The notes under the pieces were generated by a model, which did no database searches, was not told where the DNA came from, and saw only the letters and a program-made list of their open reading frames with translations. Both the position numbers and the translations under genes were made by a program. Positions 36,774 to 45,699 of a stretch of DNA of 64,000 nt are shown one piece after another (position 1 is the first letter of the stretch; every line of letters begins with the position of its first letter). The stretch lies in the NCBI GenBank assembly GCA_041690595.1, contig JAWLHB010000022.1, positions 62,001-126,000 on the forward strand, given 5' to 3'. The stretch comes from Lentisphaeria bacterium. Lineage in GTDB: Bacteria; Verrucomicrobiota; Lentisphaeria; JABSQK01; JAWLHB01.

Positions 36774-38234
36774 TCAACTACGATGAGAACGTTCGTCCGT
36801 ATCGAGAGAAAGGGGCAGCGAGATTCGAAAGTGAGCGCCGGACAAGCGCGATCCGCTCCGCTCCAGTACCAGTTCTCCTCCATTCTGCTCGATCAGATCG
36901 CGCGATACAGTGAGTCCGAGACCCGTGCCTTTGCCGGGATCCTTGGATGAGAAAAAGGGGCGAAAGACGCGCTCGCGGTCTGCTTCCGCAATGCCACTGC
37001 CGGAATCCTCCACATGAATATCCACCCACTCGTCACGAACCATGCCCCAGATGCAGATTCGTCGCTCCGCGCTTTCGCCGCAGGCATCCGCGGCATTGAG
37101 TAAAAGATTGAGCAAGGCTTGCTCCACAAGCGGCCGCGCACATCTGCAGCGATTTGCCAGCGACGTCTCCGCGTCCAACTGAATACCATATCTCTCCAGC
37201 CGGGGGCGCGTCAACTCTATCATGTCGCTGATAAGATCGTGCAGCGCGCAATCGCTGATATCCGGCGTCTTGCCGGGAGCACGGGCAAAGACGAGCATCT
37301 GCCGCATAACCCGCTCGATGCGGCGCAAGCCGTCGTGAATAAGCTGCACGTAGCGAGCTTGACGCGATTCGGCCGGCATGTGTGGCTCCAATTGGCGGCA
37401 GCATTCCATGATGCCGTCGAGGGGATTGAGGATCTCATGGGCAAGGCCGGCGGACATTTCTCCAAGCGTGGCCAGCCGCTCCGCCGACACCATGCGCTTC
37501 TGGGCGGAGAGGTTTTCCGCCTTGAGCCGGCGCAGATCGGTCACCATCTGCTGAAAAGCAAGGGAGAGCTGCCGGATCTCGGCGGTGCCCGTGGCGGGGA
37601 CTTCCGAGGGGCGTAGGTTTCCCCCCGGTACCCGGCGGGCGACGGTGGCCAGTTCTACCAGTGGTTGCCCGATGTGCCAGGAGATCAGCTGCGCCACCAA
37701 CAGGGATGCCGCCAGCAGCGTACCCAGCACCAGCAGCATCGCCATCGAGAAGTAGCGTTGCTGATGCAGCACCCGCTTCTGGGACATCCCCAGGTGAAGG
37801 TGCCCCAATTCGCCATCCAGCACGGGCACCGCCACGTCCAGAATGTAGTCATCCCGAGTCCGGTACTGCATGAGTGGTTCATCATGCGTCAGGCAATACT
37901 GCAGCAGTTCCCGGGGAAAGCCGCTATCAAAGGTGTGCGCGATGATTCGGCGCTCCTGGAGCATGATGAACGCATACCGGATCTCCTTGTCGGCTAGCGA
38001 GGAACGCTGCAGCACGTTGTAGGCTGCATAAGCATCGTCGAGCAGCACCGGCTCGACTGCGTCCACCGCCAGGCTGTTCGCCAGGCTGCGCGCGCGAATC
38101 ACCAGATCCTCCCTGCTCGACCGCGCCAACCACCAGCCTGCGCTCAGGGTGATACTGAGAAAGAAACCCACGACCACGGCGATCGCAAGCCAGGAGATGA
38201 TCGTCTGCAGCGTGACATTGCGCAGGTATTTCAT
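36774..38234 (-). CDS. Membrane sensor histidine kinase with HAMP domain
   Basis: Two TM segments, HAMP, H-box GLAHEILNPL, N-box LLNLLLNA, DSGSGI, GKGTGLGL. Confidence 0.95.
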   Translation of the reverse strand: MKYLRNVTLQTIISWLAIAVVVGFFLSITLSAGWWLARSSREDLVIRARSLANSLAVDAVEPVLLDDAYAAYNVLQRSSLADKEIRYAFIMLQERRIIAHTFDSGFPRELLQYCLTHDEPLMQYRTRDDYILDVAVPVLDGELGHLHLGMSQKRVLHQQRYFSMAMLLVLGTLLAASLLVAQLISWHIGQPLVELATVARRVPGGNLRPSEVPATGTAEIRQLSLAFQQMVTDLRRLKAENLSAQKRMVSAERLATLGEMSAGLAHEILNPLDGIMECCRQLEPHMPAESRQARYVQLIHDGLRRIERVMRQMLVFARAPGKTPDISDCALHDLISDMIELTRPRLERYGIQLDAETSLANRCRCARPLVEQALLNLLLNAADACGESAERRICIWGMVRDEWVDIHVEDSGSGIAEADRERVFRPFFSSKDPGKGTGLGLTVSRDLIEQNGGELVLERSGSRLSGAHFRISLPLSLDTDERSHRS

Positions 38235-39214
38235 CACTGGGCCGGCACGTTGGGAACAAGAAGACCTGCATCTCGATAGACCTTCACCATCGGCTCGTAG
38301 GCCCGCGCTTCCGGCAGCAGAAAGCGGGCAATTCCGAAGTCGGCCAGCAGTTGCTGCCCGTGGGGCGTCTCATGCATCGTCAGCAGTGCCTGCTGGAGTT
38401 TGCGCTTCAGTGATGGCGAAAGGCTTGCCGGGACCAGCACCGGTGGCGCGGCAAAGGTCGCGCTGCTGGCCACGATCCTCAGCTGGCTCTCCAGCCGTGG
38501 CTGCTGCCGATATAGACTCCGCAAGACCATGGAACTGACCGCCGCCCCGTCGGCATAGCCGTTGGTCACTGCCCGCACCGACAGATCGTGAGAGCCGGTA
38601 AGCATCGTCTGTGAGAAGAAGCTGTCCGGCGTGTAGCCAAGCTGACGAAGCATGGCGCGCGGCAGCACGAATCCGGTAGCCGACTCTCGGTCGGTGTAGG
38701 CGAAGCGATCGCCCTCGAGGTCGGTCAGATGATAATAGGGACTTTTCGCCGAAACGATGATGTCGCAGCGGTAGGTAACGTCTGACAGGAGTTCGGGCAT
38801 GGCGAGAATCTCCACTCGCGGGTCGCTGTAAAGCAGTGCATAGATGCCCGGACAGACCAGCGCCGCATCCACATCCGCCTGCTGCAGATCGAGGCGGGTG
38901 TTCTCATAGTCCGATCGAATGATCAACACCCCGTCCATCTCCAGAAGCTCAGCCAGGTGCTCGACGATCTTCCGATGCTGAAGGAAGATATTGGCGGGAC
39001 TGTACATGGTCGCCACGGCGAAACGGAGTTGCCGGATCGTTCGTTCGCGCCCGCTGCCCAGCGGCACCCGGTTCTCCAGATCCAGCCTGGGGCCGGCAAA
39101 GGTCAGTTCACCAATGACAATCGATCCCAGAAAAAGACAGACCACCAGCAGCCCGAACCCCCACTTCAGGTAGGAAGTAAAAGGCTGCCAGCGCTTGCGG
39201 TCGTGTTTTCGCAT
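38234..39214 (-). CDS. PhnD/phosphonate-binding-fold periplasmic protein, AioX/ArrX-like sensor accessory
   Basis: N-terminal anchor; DLEGDRFAYTDRESATGFVLP, TGSHDLSVRAV..G.ADGAAV; Cys in VDAALVCPGIY; abuts the kinase gene; no ABC permease or ATPase nearby. Confidence 0.85.
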   Translation of the reverse strand: MRKHDRKRWQPFTSYLKWGFGLLVVCLFLGSIVIGELTFAGPRLDLENRVPLGSGRERTIRQLRFAVATMYSPANIFLQHRKIVEHLAELLEMDGVLIIRSDYENTRLDLQQADVDAALVCPGIYALLYSDPRVEILAMPELLSDVTYRCDIIVSAKSPYYHLTDLEGDRFAYTDRESATGFVLPRAMLRQLGYTPDSFFSQTMLTGSHDLSVRAVTNGYADGAAVSSMVLRSLYRQQPRLESQLRIVASSATFAAPPVLVPASLSPSLKRKLQQALLTMHETPHGQQLLADFGIARFLLPEARAYEPMVKVYRDAGLLVPNVPAQ

Positions 39215-39334
39215 TCGCGCAACTCCGACGCGTACAGTGTGAAGGCATGCCCTGTCCAGGAAGACGGGGCAGTGGTGATACAGTCTGGAATATGGTGCCT
39301 GTCGGCCCCGAATTCAAGCTGAAAACCGGACAGC

Positions 39335-39369
39335 AAAAAAAGGCCAGGCGGAGGGGATCCGCCTGGCCT
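39335..39369 (-). terminator. Rho-independent terminator after the porin gene
   Basis: AGGCCAGGCGGA / TCCGCCTGGCCT stem; A-run at 39335-39341 gives a U-tract on the minus strand. Confidence 0.85.
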
Positions 39370-39409
39370 TGCCCTTGTTCTGCAACCGCTGCAAACCAGC
39401 GTGCTGAAG

Positions 39410-41413
39410 TTAGAACTGCATCGTCAACCCGAGGGTGATGGCATGGGCCGTGTACTGCCCGGTCTCACCATAATTCTCGTCGTTGTAATGCCAGTAGTCG
39501 TACGCAACACGACCACTCAGATTATCCGTGAACTGATGCGTCAGACCGACCGATGCGCCATGACGATCGTAGGCAACCGCCTTCTCCAGGCCGCCCGCAT
39601 CCGCCAGTTCCTCCTGGTCGTTGTTCGCCACTTCATAGAGGTAGCGCGCATCGACGCTGGTCTTGTCGGTGATCGCGTAGTTCACGCTGGTCAGGAAGCT
39701 GTACACATCCCCATCCCAGGTCGCCGCCATCGGATTCTCGAGGGAATCGAGAATCGTCCGCGACTCGTGCCAAGTGAACTGACCGTTGAAGAAGAGGCGC
39801 GCGGAAGGCATGACCGTCGCCCCGACCGTGTAGTTGTTGGAGTCCACATTGGCGCCGTGAACACGATCCGCCGGGCCGATATCACTGGTCTCGGTATAGT
39901 AGTCTTGCTTGACCATCGTATACCGCCAGTAGGAACGGAGCCAGTTGGTATGCTGCAGCGTCAGGCTTACCATCAACTCGTGCGCGTTGGTGTCCAGCGA
40001 GTCCATGAAGGCGCTATAACCCGAGGCCGTGTCGACGTCGTGGGTATAGATGTTGGAGACCTCGCCGTACTGGTACCAGGCGCTCAGCGACATGCTGCTG
40101 AAGGGGGACGTGGTGAAGCCGGCGCGGTAGCGCTGCTCGTCACGATCCGTATCCGTATCCCGGTCCAGGTCAACAGTACCGGTATCCGACTCGTACTCCA
40201 GCTCATCCAGATCATACGACGTCTGCACCCAAGTGCCACGCACATACATCTTGGTATGGGGTACCCCGCTGTAGCTGAGTTCGAGTTCTTCCTTCAGCGA
40301 GACCTTACGCTCGTAGGCGTCGATGCTCACCGGTTGGCTACTGCTGGGCGACACATGCATCACTTCTGACGAATCGTCCCGGTTTCCCAACTCCAGCTCA
40401 ACGCCGCCACTGATCATGAAGTCGTTCCAGGGACCAGCCATCGCCGCCAGGTTGAAGACGTGCGAGGTTTGTGTAAGATCCGAGTCGATCATGTAATCGT
40501 TATGGGCATGGCTGCCCGTGAACGGCAGCTGGCGCATCTCGAAGCCGACTTCGCCTTCCGTCCGGACATACAGATACCCGCCGGAGATCAGCAGCCAGTC
40601 ACGCAGCCACTTTTCCGCGGTCAGCGCATTGGAGAACTGGTCGAAGTCGTAACCCTCTTCGAAGGTCTGACCAATCGGGTCCGTGCCACCAACGACCTCG
40701 GCCGGAATCATCAGATTGCGGAAGGTGTCGCTGCTGTAGATCTCGTAGCGCATGCTGTCCTGCAGCGCCCAGTCCGATCCCTGATGGGCGATATCGAGTT
40801 TGAAGATGTGAACGTCTTCGTCGATATCCTTGTACGTCGGATAGATCTTCTTGTTGTCGTCGAGTTGCTGGTATTGGCGCAGGGACTTGGTGCCATCCTT
40901 GTACTGGTATTCGTAACCCAGCACGATGGTGGTGTTGTCCTGCGGCTTGAAGCCCAGGTCGAAGTACAGACGACCGATATCCATGTCGAATGTCGTCGCC
41001 CTCTGATACGCATCCTCGATGCCTTCATAGTACCAGCCGGTATTGTCATAATACTTGCGGAACTGCTCGAACCCGGCGTTGACGAAGATGTTCCCATCGG
41101 GGGATACCCATTCGCCCTGGATCTCATAATCGCCATTACCGGCGATGAATCTGCCTTCGAGCCGCAGATCACCGGCAATCGCGTCGCTGTTGTCGTACAG
41201 CACCGCCGACTGCAGGCCGCCGATGAAGCCGTCGTCACGCCACGTGTGCTCCCGGAAGAGGGATTCGTTCCCGCTAACGGTTGCATAGCTGATGACGGGC
41301 GAGAGGGTGAGTCGATAATTGGCCGTGGATTCCTCATCCTGAGAAATCGCCACATTTGACACGAGTGTCAGGCCCAGAATCGCCGCAAAAAGTCTACTGA
41401 TTGTGCTATTCAT
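39410..41413 (-). CDS. Outer-membrane beta-barrel, MtrB/PioB-like porin
   Basis: ATG 41413 with AGGAG RBS, signal peptide, 667 aa of alternating Tyr/Gly/Asp-rich strands, C-terminal Phe (GLTMQF), directly downstream of a multiheme cytochrome. Confidence 0.8.
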   Translation of the reverse strand: MNSTISRLFAAILGLTLVSNVAISQDEESTANYRLTLSPVISYATVSGNESLFREHTWRDDGFIGGLQSAVLYDNSDAIAGDLRLEGRFIAGNGDYEIQGEWVSPDGNIFVNAGFEQFRKYYDNTGWYYEGIEDAYQRATTFDMDIGRLYFDLGFKPQDNTTIVLGYEYQYKDGTKSLRQYQQLDDNKKIYPTYKDIDEDVHIFKLDIAHQGSDWALQDSMRYEIYSSDTFRNLMIPAEVVGGTDPIGQTFEEGYDFDQFSNALTAEKWLRDWLLISGGYLYVRTEGEVGFEMRQLPFTGSHAHNDYMIDSDLTQTSHVFNLAAMAGPWNDFMISGGVELELGNRDDSSEVMHVSPSSSQPVSIDAYERKVSLKEELELSYSGVPHTKMYVRGTWVQTSYDLDELEYESDTGTVDLDRDTDTDRDEQRYRAGFTTSPFSSMSLSAWYQYGEVSNIYTHDVDTASGYSAFMDSLDTNAHELMVSLTLQHTNWLRSYWRYTMVKQDYYTETSDIGPADRVHGANVDSNNYTVGATVMPSARLFFNGQFTWHESRTILDSLENPMAATWDGDVYSFLTSVNYAITDKTSVDARYLYEVANNDQEELADAGGLEKAVAYDRHGASVGLTHQFTDNLSGRVAYDYWHYNDENYGETGQYTAHAITLGLTMQF

Positions 41414-41427
41414 CTGTCTTCTCCTGA

Positions 41428-42243
41428 TCAGTAGCGCAGGTGGGCGTTGGTATTGGAACCATGAACTGCCGTATGGCAGCCGGCCGACCAGCAGGTGCCT
41501 CTGGTCAGGAAGGAGCTGTGATTGCGCCCGCCGATCAGCAGATCCGCATGATCCGCCTGCGGCTGAGAATGGCACTTCAGGCACAACGAATTGTCCGCCT
41601 GAACCAGCATCTTCTTGTTGATGGAGCCATGAACCGCGTGGCAGGAGGTGCAACCATCGCGCAGCGCTTCATGGTCGAAGACGTGGGAACGCGCCTGCTC
41701 GCGATGGCACGAGGCGCACGTATCATTGGTGCGGGCCATCAGCATCGAGCCCGGCTTCTTGATGTCGCTGCCATGCGGATCGTGGCAGTCGGCGCAGCTC
41801 ATCTTCCCTTCAGGGACTGGATGACGGTACGGAAGTTGAAACTCGGCCTTCTTGTCCAAGTGACAACGGTAGCAGGCGTCTGACGAATCACCAGGATTGA
41901 CAATAAAGACGCCGCGGCCGCCGCCGGCTTCCACGTGCTTGCTGCCTGGCCCGTGACAGGCTTCGCAGCCGGCAAGTCCGCCAGGCGCATCTTCCACATG
42001 AACACGCGCATGCACGGAGAATGCAAATTTCTTCACCTGATCTTCATGGCAGAGCTCGCATTCCTGATTCCCGACGAAGGTCGCACCCGGGATCTCAGGT
42101 GGTATGACGACTGAATTGTGAAGGGACGAGCAGGCTACGAATAGCCCGATCGCCGCACCCATTAGCGCGAGTGGTACGGCTTTGCCGCGCAAAATGCGCG
42201 TCGCCCGCTCTCGCAGTGTTGTTGCCTTTGCCGAGTCTCTCAC
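41428..42243 (-). CDS. MtrA/DmsE-like multiheme c-type cytochrome, predicted lipoprotein
   Basis: CELCH, CEACH, CYRCH, CADCH, CASCH, CTSCH, CLKCH and CWSAGCH; CEACHGPGSKH, HPVPEGKMSCADCHDPHGS and VHGSN are MtrA-like; lipobox-like LFVAC. Confidence 0.9.
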   Translation of the reverse strand: MRDSAKATTLRERATRILRGKAVPLALMGAAIGLFVACSSLHNSVVIPPEIPGATFVGNQECELCHEDQVKKFAFSVHARVHVEDAPGGLAGCEACHGPGSKHVEAGGGRGVFIVNPGDSSDACYRCHLDKKAEFQLPYRHPVPEGKMSCADCHDPHGSDIKKPGSMLMARTNDTCASCHREQARSHVFDHEALRDGCTSCHAVHGSINKKMLVQADNSLCLKCHSQPQADHADLLIGGRNHSSFLTRGTCWSAGCHTAVHGSNTNAHLRY

Positions 42244-42317
42244 TGATTCTGTCTCCCCTGGCGCACGTTGGTTTTCGTGTTGGTGATTCCAGACAATGCT
42301 GGTCTGGACACAATCTT

Positions 42318-42333
42318 AGCAGCGTTCGTGCCA
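42318..42333 (-). promoter_or_regulatory. Sigma-54 (-24/-12) promoter of the cytochrome-porin operon
   Basis: Minus strand TGGCACG-AACG-CTGCT versus consensus TGGCACG-N4-TTGCW (one mismatch). Confidence 0.85.
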
Positions 42334-42363
42334 ATTGCCGCGATTGACTGGTAACCTCGGTTA

Positions 42364-42376
42364 AATCAAGGACTTA
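42364..42376. promoter_or_regulatory. IHF binding site
   Basis: AATCAAGGACTTA matches WATCAA-N4-TTR exactly and lies between the sigma-54 promoter and the palindromes. Confidence 0.7.
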
Positions 42377-42409
42377 TGGATTCTTGTGGCTTTTCTTCCC
42401 CGGCTGCGG

Positions 42410-42467
42410 GCGAAGGTTTTCGGGTGATTTCGCGGAAGGCTCCGCAGATCACCGCGCAACCTTGCGC
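42410..42467. promoter_or_regulatory. Candidate upstream activator sequence: three phased 14-bp palindromes
   Basis: GCGAAGGTTTTCGG (42410), GCGGAAGGCTCCGC (42432), GCGCAACCTTGCGC (42454); 22-bp period. Confidence 0.7.
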
Positions 42468-42469
42468 AC

Positions 42470-42498
42470 TTGACAAGCTCCACCGCGGACCGTAGCCT
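42470..42498 (+). promoter_or_regulatory. Putative sigma-70 promoter for 42559
   Basis: TTGACA-N17-TAGCCT. Confidence 0.6.
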
Positions 42499-42558
42499 TT
42501 ATTCCGACGCTGGCAAAACACTCAGTCGACCGGCCCATCACGACGTAAAGGAGCGCAG

Positions 42559-44757
42559 ATGAAGATCGAGGTCAAGCCGTATCGTGGACGTACCCTTGTA
42601 TGGATCGACGGGCAACCGCGCAATTTGACCATGTATTCGCCGCCCGCCATGGGACGAGTCGATTTTGCCCCCGTCTGGCGGGGTTGTGTCGATCGTTTCG
42701 TGCGGCACGACATGGACGTCTACCTCATGAGCGTCCCCCAGCAATGGGAGAAGAAGTTCACGCTCAATCCCTTCTGGGCTGGCGACACGATCACCAGTGA
42801 CCCGATGTACATCGGTTCCACGAAGCTCGATGAAGGGCCGGAGTACGTGCTCGCCAAAGACCCCGAAGCCTTGCTCCTGCTCCGCTACGTCCCGCGCCCC
42901 CCCCAGGACTGGTATCCGCTCCATCAGGACGAGTGCGTTGTCGGTGCGGACGGCAAGCGCGAGAACTATCCGTCCCTTGCCTCCCCCAGCTACCGGCGGC
43001 AGGCTGGCGAACTCTGTGCGGCGTACATCCACTACTGTGAATCGCGTCCATGGGCCGAACGCCTCCTCGGCTATATCAACTACCACCTCTGCGAAGGCAC
43101 CCACGGGCCTCTCTCGGGCGGATGGCTCTACGACTACTCCCCCGCCATGACGGCCCGCTGGCGCCAGTACCTGTGCGACAAGTACGGCGACGACAGCACC
43201 CTGCGCGAGGCCCATGGCGACCCCAACCTCTCGCTGGAAACCGTCGAAGTTCCGCGCGATCCGTTGCTGGGGCCGCTTCGGGAAGTCGCCGCCATTCCCT
43301 ACTGGCAGGATGCCGTGGCCAACCAGGCCCGCCGTGACTACCTGCTCCTCACCCGCGATCTCTACCACGATCTGCTGCGCGCCATCTGCATTGCCTCGCA
43401 TGCTGCCTCACCGGCAGAGCGCCTGCACATACACGATACCTTCAAGCTGCCGATGCAGGGCTGGTCCAACCATGGCTTCTTCAGCATGGATCAGCCATGG
43501 CCCATCATCTACGCCGAGAATCTCTCCGGCTCCGGTAACATGGATGTGCTCGACCTCCTCGATACGCCTGGCCTCGACGGCGTCTGCACCCCCTATGATT
43601 ATCAGGTGCGCGGCGCCGGCGGGGTCTTCGAGCCCGAAGGGATCGCCGACTCCGTCTCCTTGCTGCCGAACAAGCTTTTCCTGGTCGAGCAGGACATCCG
43701 CACCTATGCCGGCGATGTCCACAACTGCGGGATGATGCGCGATCTGAACGAGTTCGAGGCCGTCACCTGGCGTGATCTGGCCACCTCGATCACCCGCGGT
43801 TTCATGAACTACCTCACCGATCACAACGCGGACTACTACTGCGATCCGGCCATGCATCCCATTGTCGAGCGACAGATGCGTGTCCTCTCCGCCTCCGCCC
43901 AATGGCCCCACGCCACCGTCCCCGGCATTGCCATGATCCTCGACGAGCAGGCCATCCTCGAGACCAGCGGCAGCGGCCACATTCTCAACGAGGCCGTCAT
44001 GTGGGAAGAGAAGATTGGCATCTCCCGATGCGGCGTTCCCTACCGCATCTATCTGCTCGACGATCTGCGGGCCGGTCATGTCCCCGACCACGCCGTCTAC
44101 TATTTCCCCAACCTCTACCGGGTCGACGAGGCTCGGCTGGAGTTGCTCCGCCGGACCGTGCTGCGAGATGGGCGCCTCGTCGTCTGGGGGCCAGGCAGCG
44201 GCATCAGCGATGGTCGCACCATCGCCGCGGAACATGCCACCCGCCTCACCGGCTTTCAGTTCTCCTTTCAGACGGCCAACTATCCGCGCCGCGTCCAGAT
44301 CAGCGACTTCACCCATCCCATCACCAGCGATCTTCAAGCCGACACCATCTATGGCAGCCCCATCGCCTATGGCCCGATTCTCTATCCGACCGATGGTATT
44401 CCCCTCGGCTGGGCATGGTCGAAGTTCGGCGGTGACGATGTCGGGCTCGCCTATCGCGAGAGCGACAGCTACCGTGCGGTCTTCACCACGGCAGCGCCAC
44501 TACCTGCCTGCCTCTGGCGAAGTCTTGCCCGCTTTGCCGGCGCGCACATCTGGTGCGAAAGCAACGATGTCCTCATGGCGGACAGCAGCCTTGTCGCTCT
44601 GCACACGCTGAAGGCGGAGACCAAGCTTCTCGCCCTGCCCGGCGACTATCGCGTCACCGACCTGCTGACCGGACAAAAGATTGCCGACCGTACGCGCGAG
44701 ATCAGCTTCACCATGCATGCCCCCGCCACCGCCGTCTTCCAGTTGGAGCAAGTGTGA
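42559..44757 (+). CDS. Cytoplasmic glycoside-hydrolase-like protein (GH42/beta-galactosidase-like)
   Basis: AAGGAG RBS; DYSPAMTARWRQYLCDKYG..TLREAHG resembles a GH42 motif; C-terminal trimerisation-like domain; no signal peptide. Confidence 0.6.
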   Translation: MKIEVKPYRGRTLVWIDGQPRNLTMYSPPAMGRVDFAPVWRGCVDRFVRHDMDVYLMSVPQQWEKKFTLNPFWAGDTITSDPMYIGSTKLDEGPEYVLAKDPEALLLLRYVPRPPQDWYPLHQDECVVGADGKRENYPSLASPSYRRQAGELCAAYIHYCESRPWAERLLGYINYHLCEGTHGPLSGGWLYDYSPAMTARWRQYLCDKYGDDSTLREAHGDPNLSLETVEVPRDPLLGPLREVAAIPYWQDAVANQARRDYLLLTRDLYHDLLRAICIASHAASPAERLHIHDTFKLPMQGWSNHGFFSMDQPWPIIYAENLSGSGNMDVLDLLDTPGLDGVCTPYDYQVRGAGGVFEPEGIADSVSLLPNKLFLVEQDIRTYAGDVHNCGMMRDLNEFEAVTWRDLATSITRGFMNYLTDHNADYYCDPAMHPIVERQMRVLSASAQWPHATVPGIAMILDEQAILETSGSGHILNEAVMWEEKIGISRCGVPYRIYLLDDLRAGHVPDHAVYYFPNLYRVDEARLELLRRTVLRDGRLVVWGPGSGISDGRTIAAEHATRLTGFQFSFQTANYPRRVQISDFTHPITSDLQADTIYGSPIAYGPILYPTDGIPLGWAWSKFGGDDVGLAYRESDSYRAVFTTAAPLPACLWRSLARFAGAHIWCESNDVLMADSSLVALHTLKAETKLLALPGDYRVTDLLTGQKIADRTREISFTMHAPATAVFQLEQV

Positions 44758-44772
44758 GCTTCCGCTCACCTT

Positions 44773-45699
44773 TTATGGCGTCAGTGCCGTCACCCGGAAG
44801 GATTCGAGGATCACGCTGTACATGACAAGGCGGGCCTCGAAAGTTCCGGGCGGCGGCACCAACTCGACGCTCTCCCCCTCCACCGTCGGCCGGAGCAGAA
44901 AACGATCGCCGAGCCGCTTGCCTTCCGCGTCATAATAGGTCAGCGACAGCCAGCCGTTTGTGGTCTGTCGCTGACCACGCGCGTAAAGCTGGTAGGTGAC
45001 CGTCTCACGCAGCGGAAAGAAGGGCGATACGCCGCCATAGCCACTCTTGAATACCGTTTTGCCATCCGGGCGCGTATAGAGCCTGCCATCCCGCGCCGGC
45101 CGCCAACCGCTGTAGTTGAGTTCCCCGTACTCGAACTCCGGATTGACATTGATCGTCCCGTCGTCGATCGATACGATCTCCAGATTGTCGATATAGAGCG
45201 GCGAGTTTCTTGGCGAGAATCGGATCTTCACCGCTGCTGTCTCCGGTGGGGGCTGGAAGGCAAGGCTGTAGGCGTACCAGTCGCTGGTGAGAATCGATCC
45301 GCCGAAGCCCCGGCCACTGCGTTGGATCTGCTCGCCATCGGAATCGAAGAAGAGAAGCTCGTACATGGGCAGGAAGCGCCCGTAGGACTGGAGCATTTCC
45401 ATGTGCGCCCGGTCGTTGCTTTCGACGGTATCCGATCGGTCGGTTCGAGCCAGAAAAGTCAGCTTGTACGTTGTCTCCGGCGTGACCGGCATGGCCTTCA
45501 TCGTGGACACCCTCAGTTCCGCCGGCAGTGCCAGGCACATTCCGCCGTCTTCAGTCTGAACCGTGGTGACGCCTTCGACAACACTCTCCAGATACGCCTC
45601 TGGTTGCTCCGTATCGAAGCTCTGCGTATGGATGGGATTCGCGGGCAGCATCAGGCTGCCGCACAGCCCCGTCAGTAGCAACATCGTGCGGATACTCAT
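44773..45699 (-). CDS. Secreted protein with carbohydrate-binding-module-like beta-sandwiches
   Basis: Signal peptide; VTPETTYKLTFLAR, W..YSLAF.PP, LYIDNLEI, NPEFE motifs. Confidence 0.6.
   Translation of the reverse strand: MSIRTMLLLTGLCGSLMLPANPIHTQSFDTEQPEAYLESVVEGVTTVQTEDGGMCLALPAELRVSTMKAMPVTPETTYKLTFLARTDRSDTVESNDRAHMEMLQSYGRFLPMYELLFFDSDGEQIQRSGRGFGGSILTSDWYAYSLAFQPPPETAAVKIRFSPRNSPLYIDNLEIVSIDDGTINVNPEFEYGELNYSGWRPARDGRLYTRPDGKTVFKSGYGGVSPFFPLRETVTYQLYARGQRQTTNGWLSLTYYDAEGKRLGDRFLLRPTVEGESVELVPPPGTFEARLVMYSVILESFRVTALTP

Noticed and set aside
38234..39214. Phosphonate ABC transporter (phnD), or a definite aioX call
   Set aside because: No permease or ATPase genes and no aioAB/arrAB in the window; the ligand cannot be determined from sequence
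41414..41653. N-terminal extension of the porin ORF to 41653
   Set aside because: Overlaps the cytochrome gene; the RBS and signal peptide point to ATG 41413
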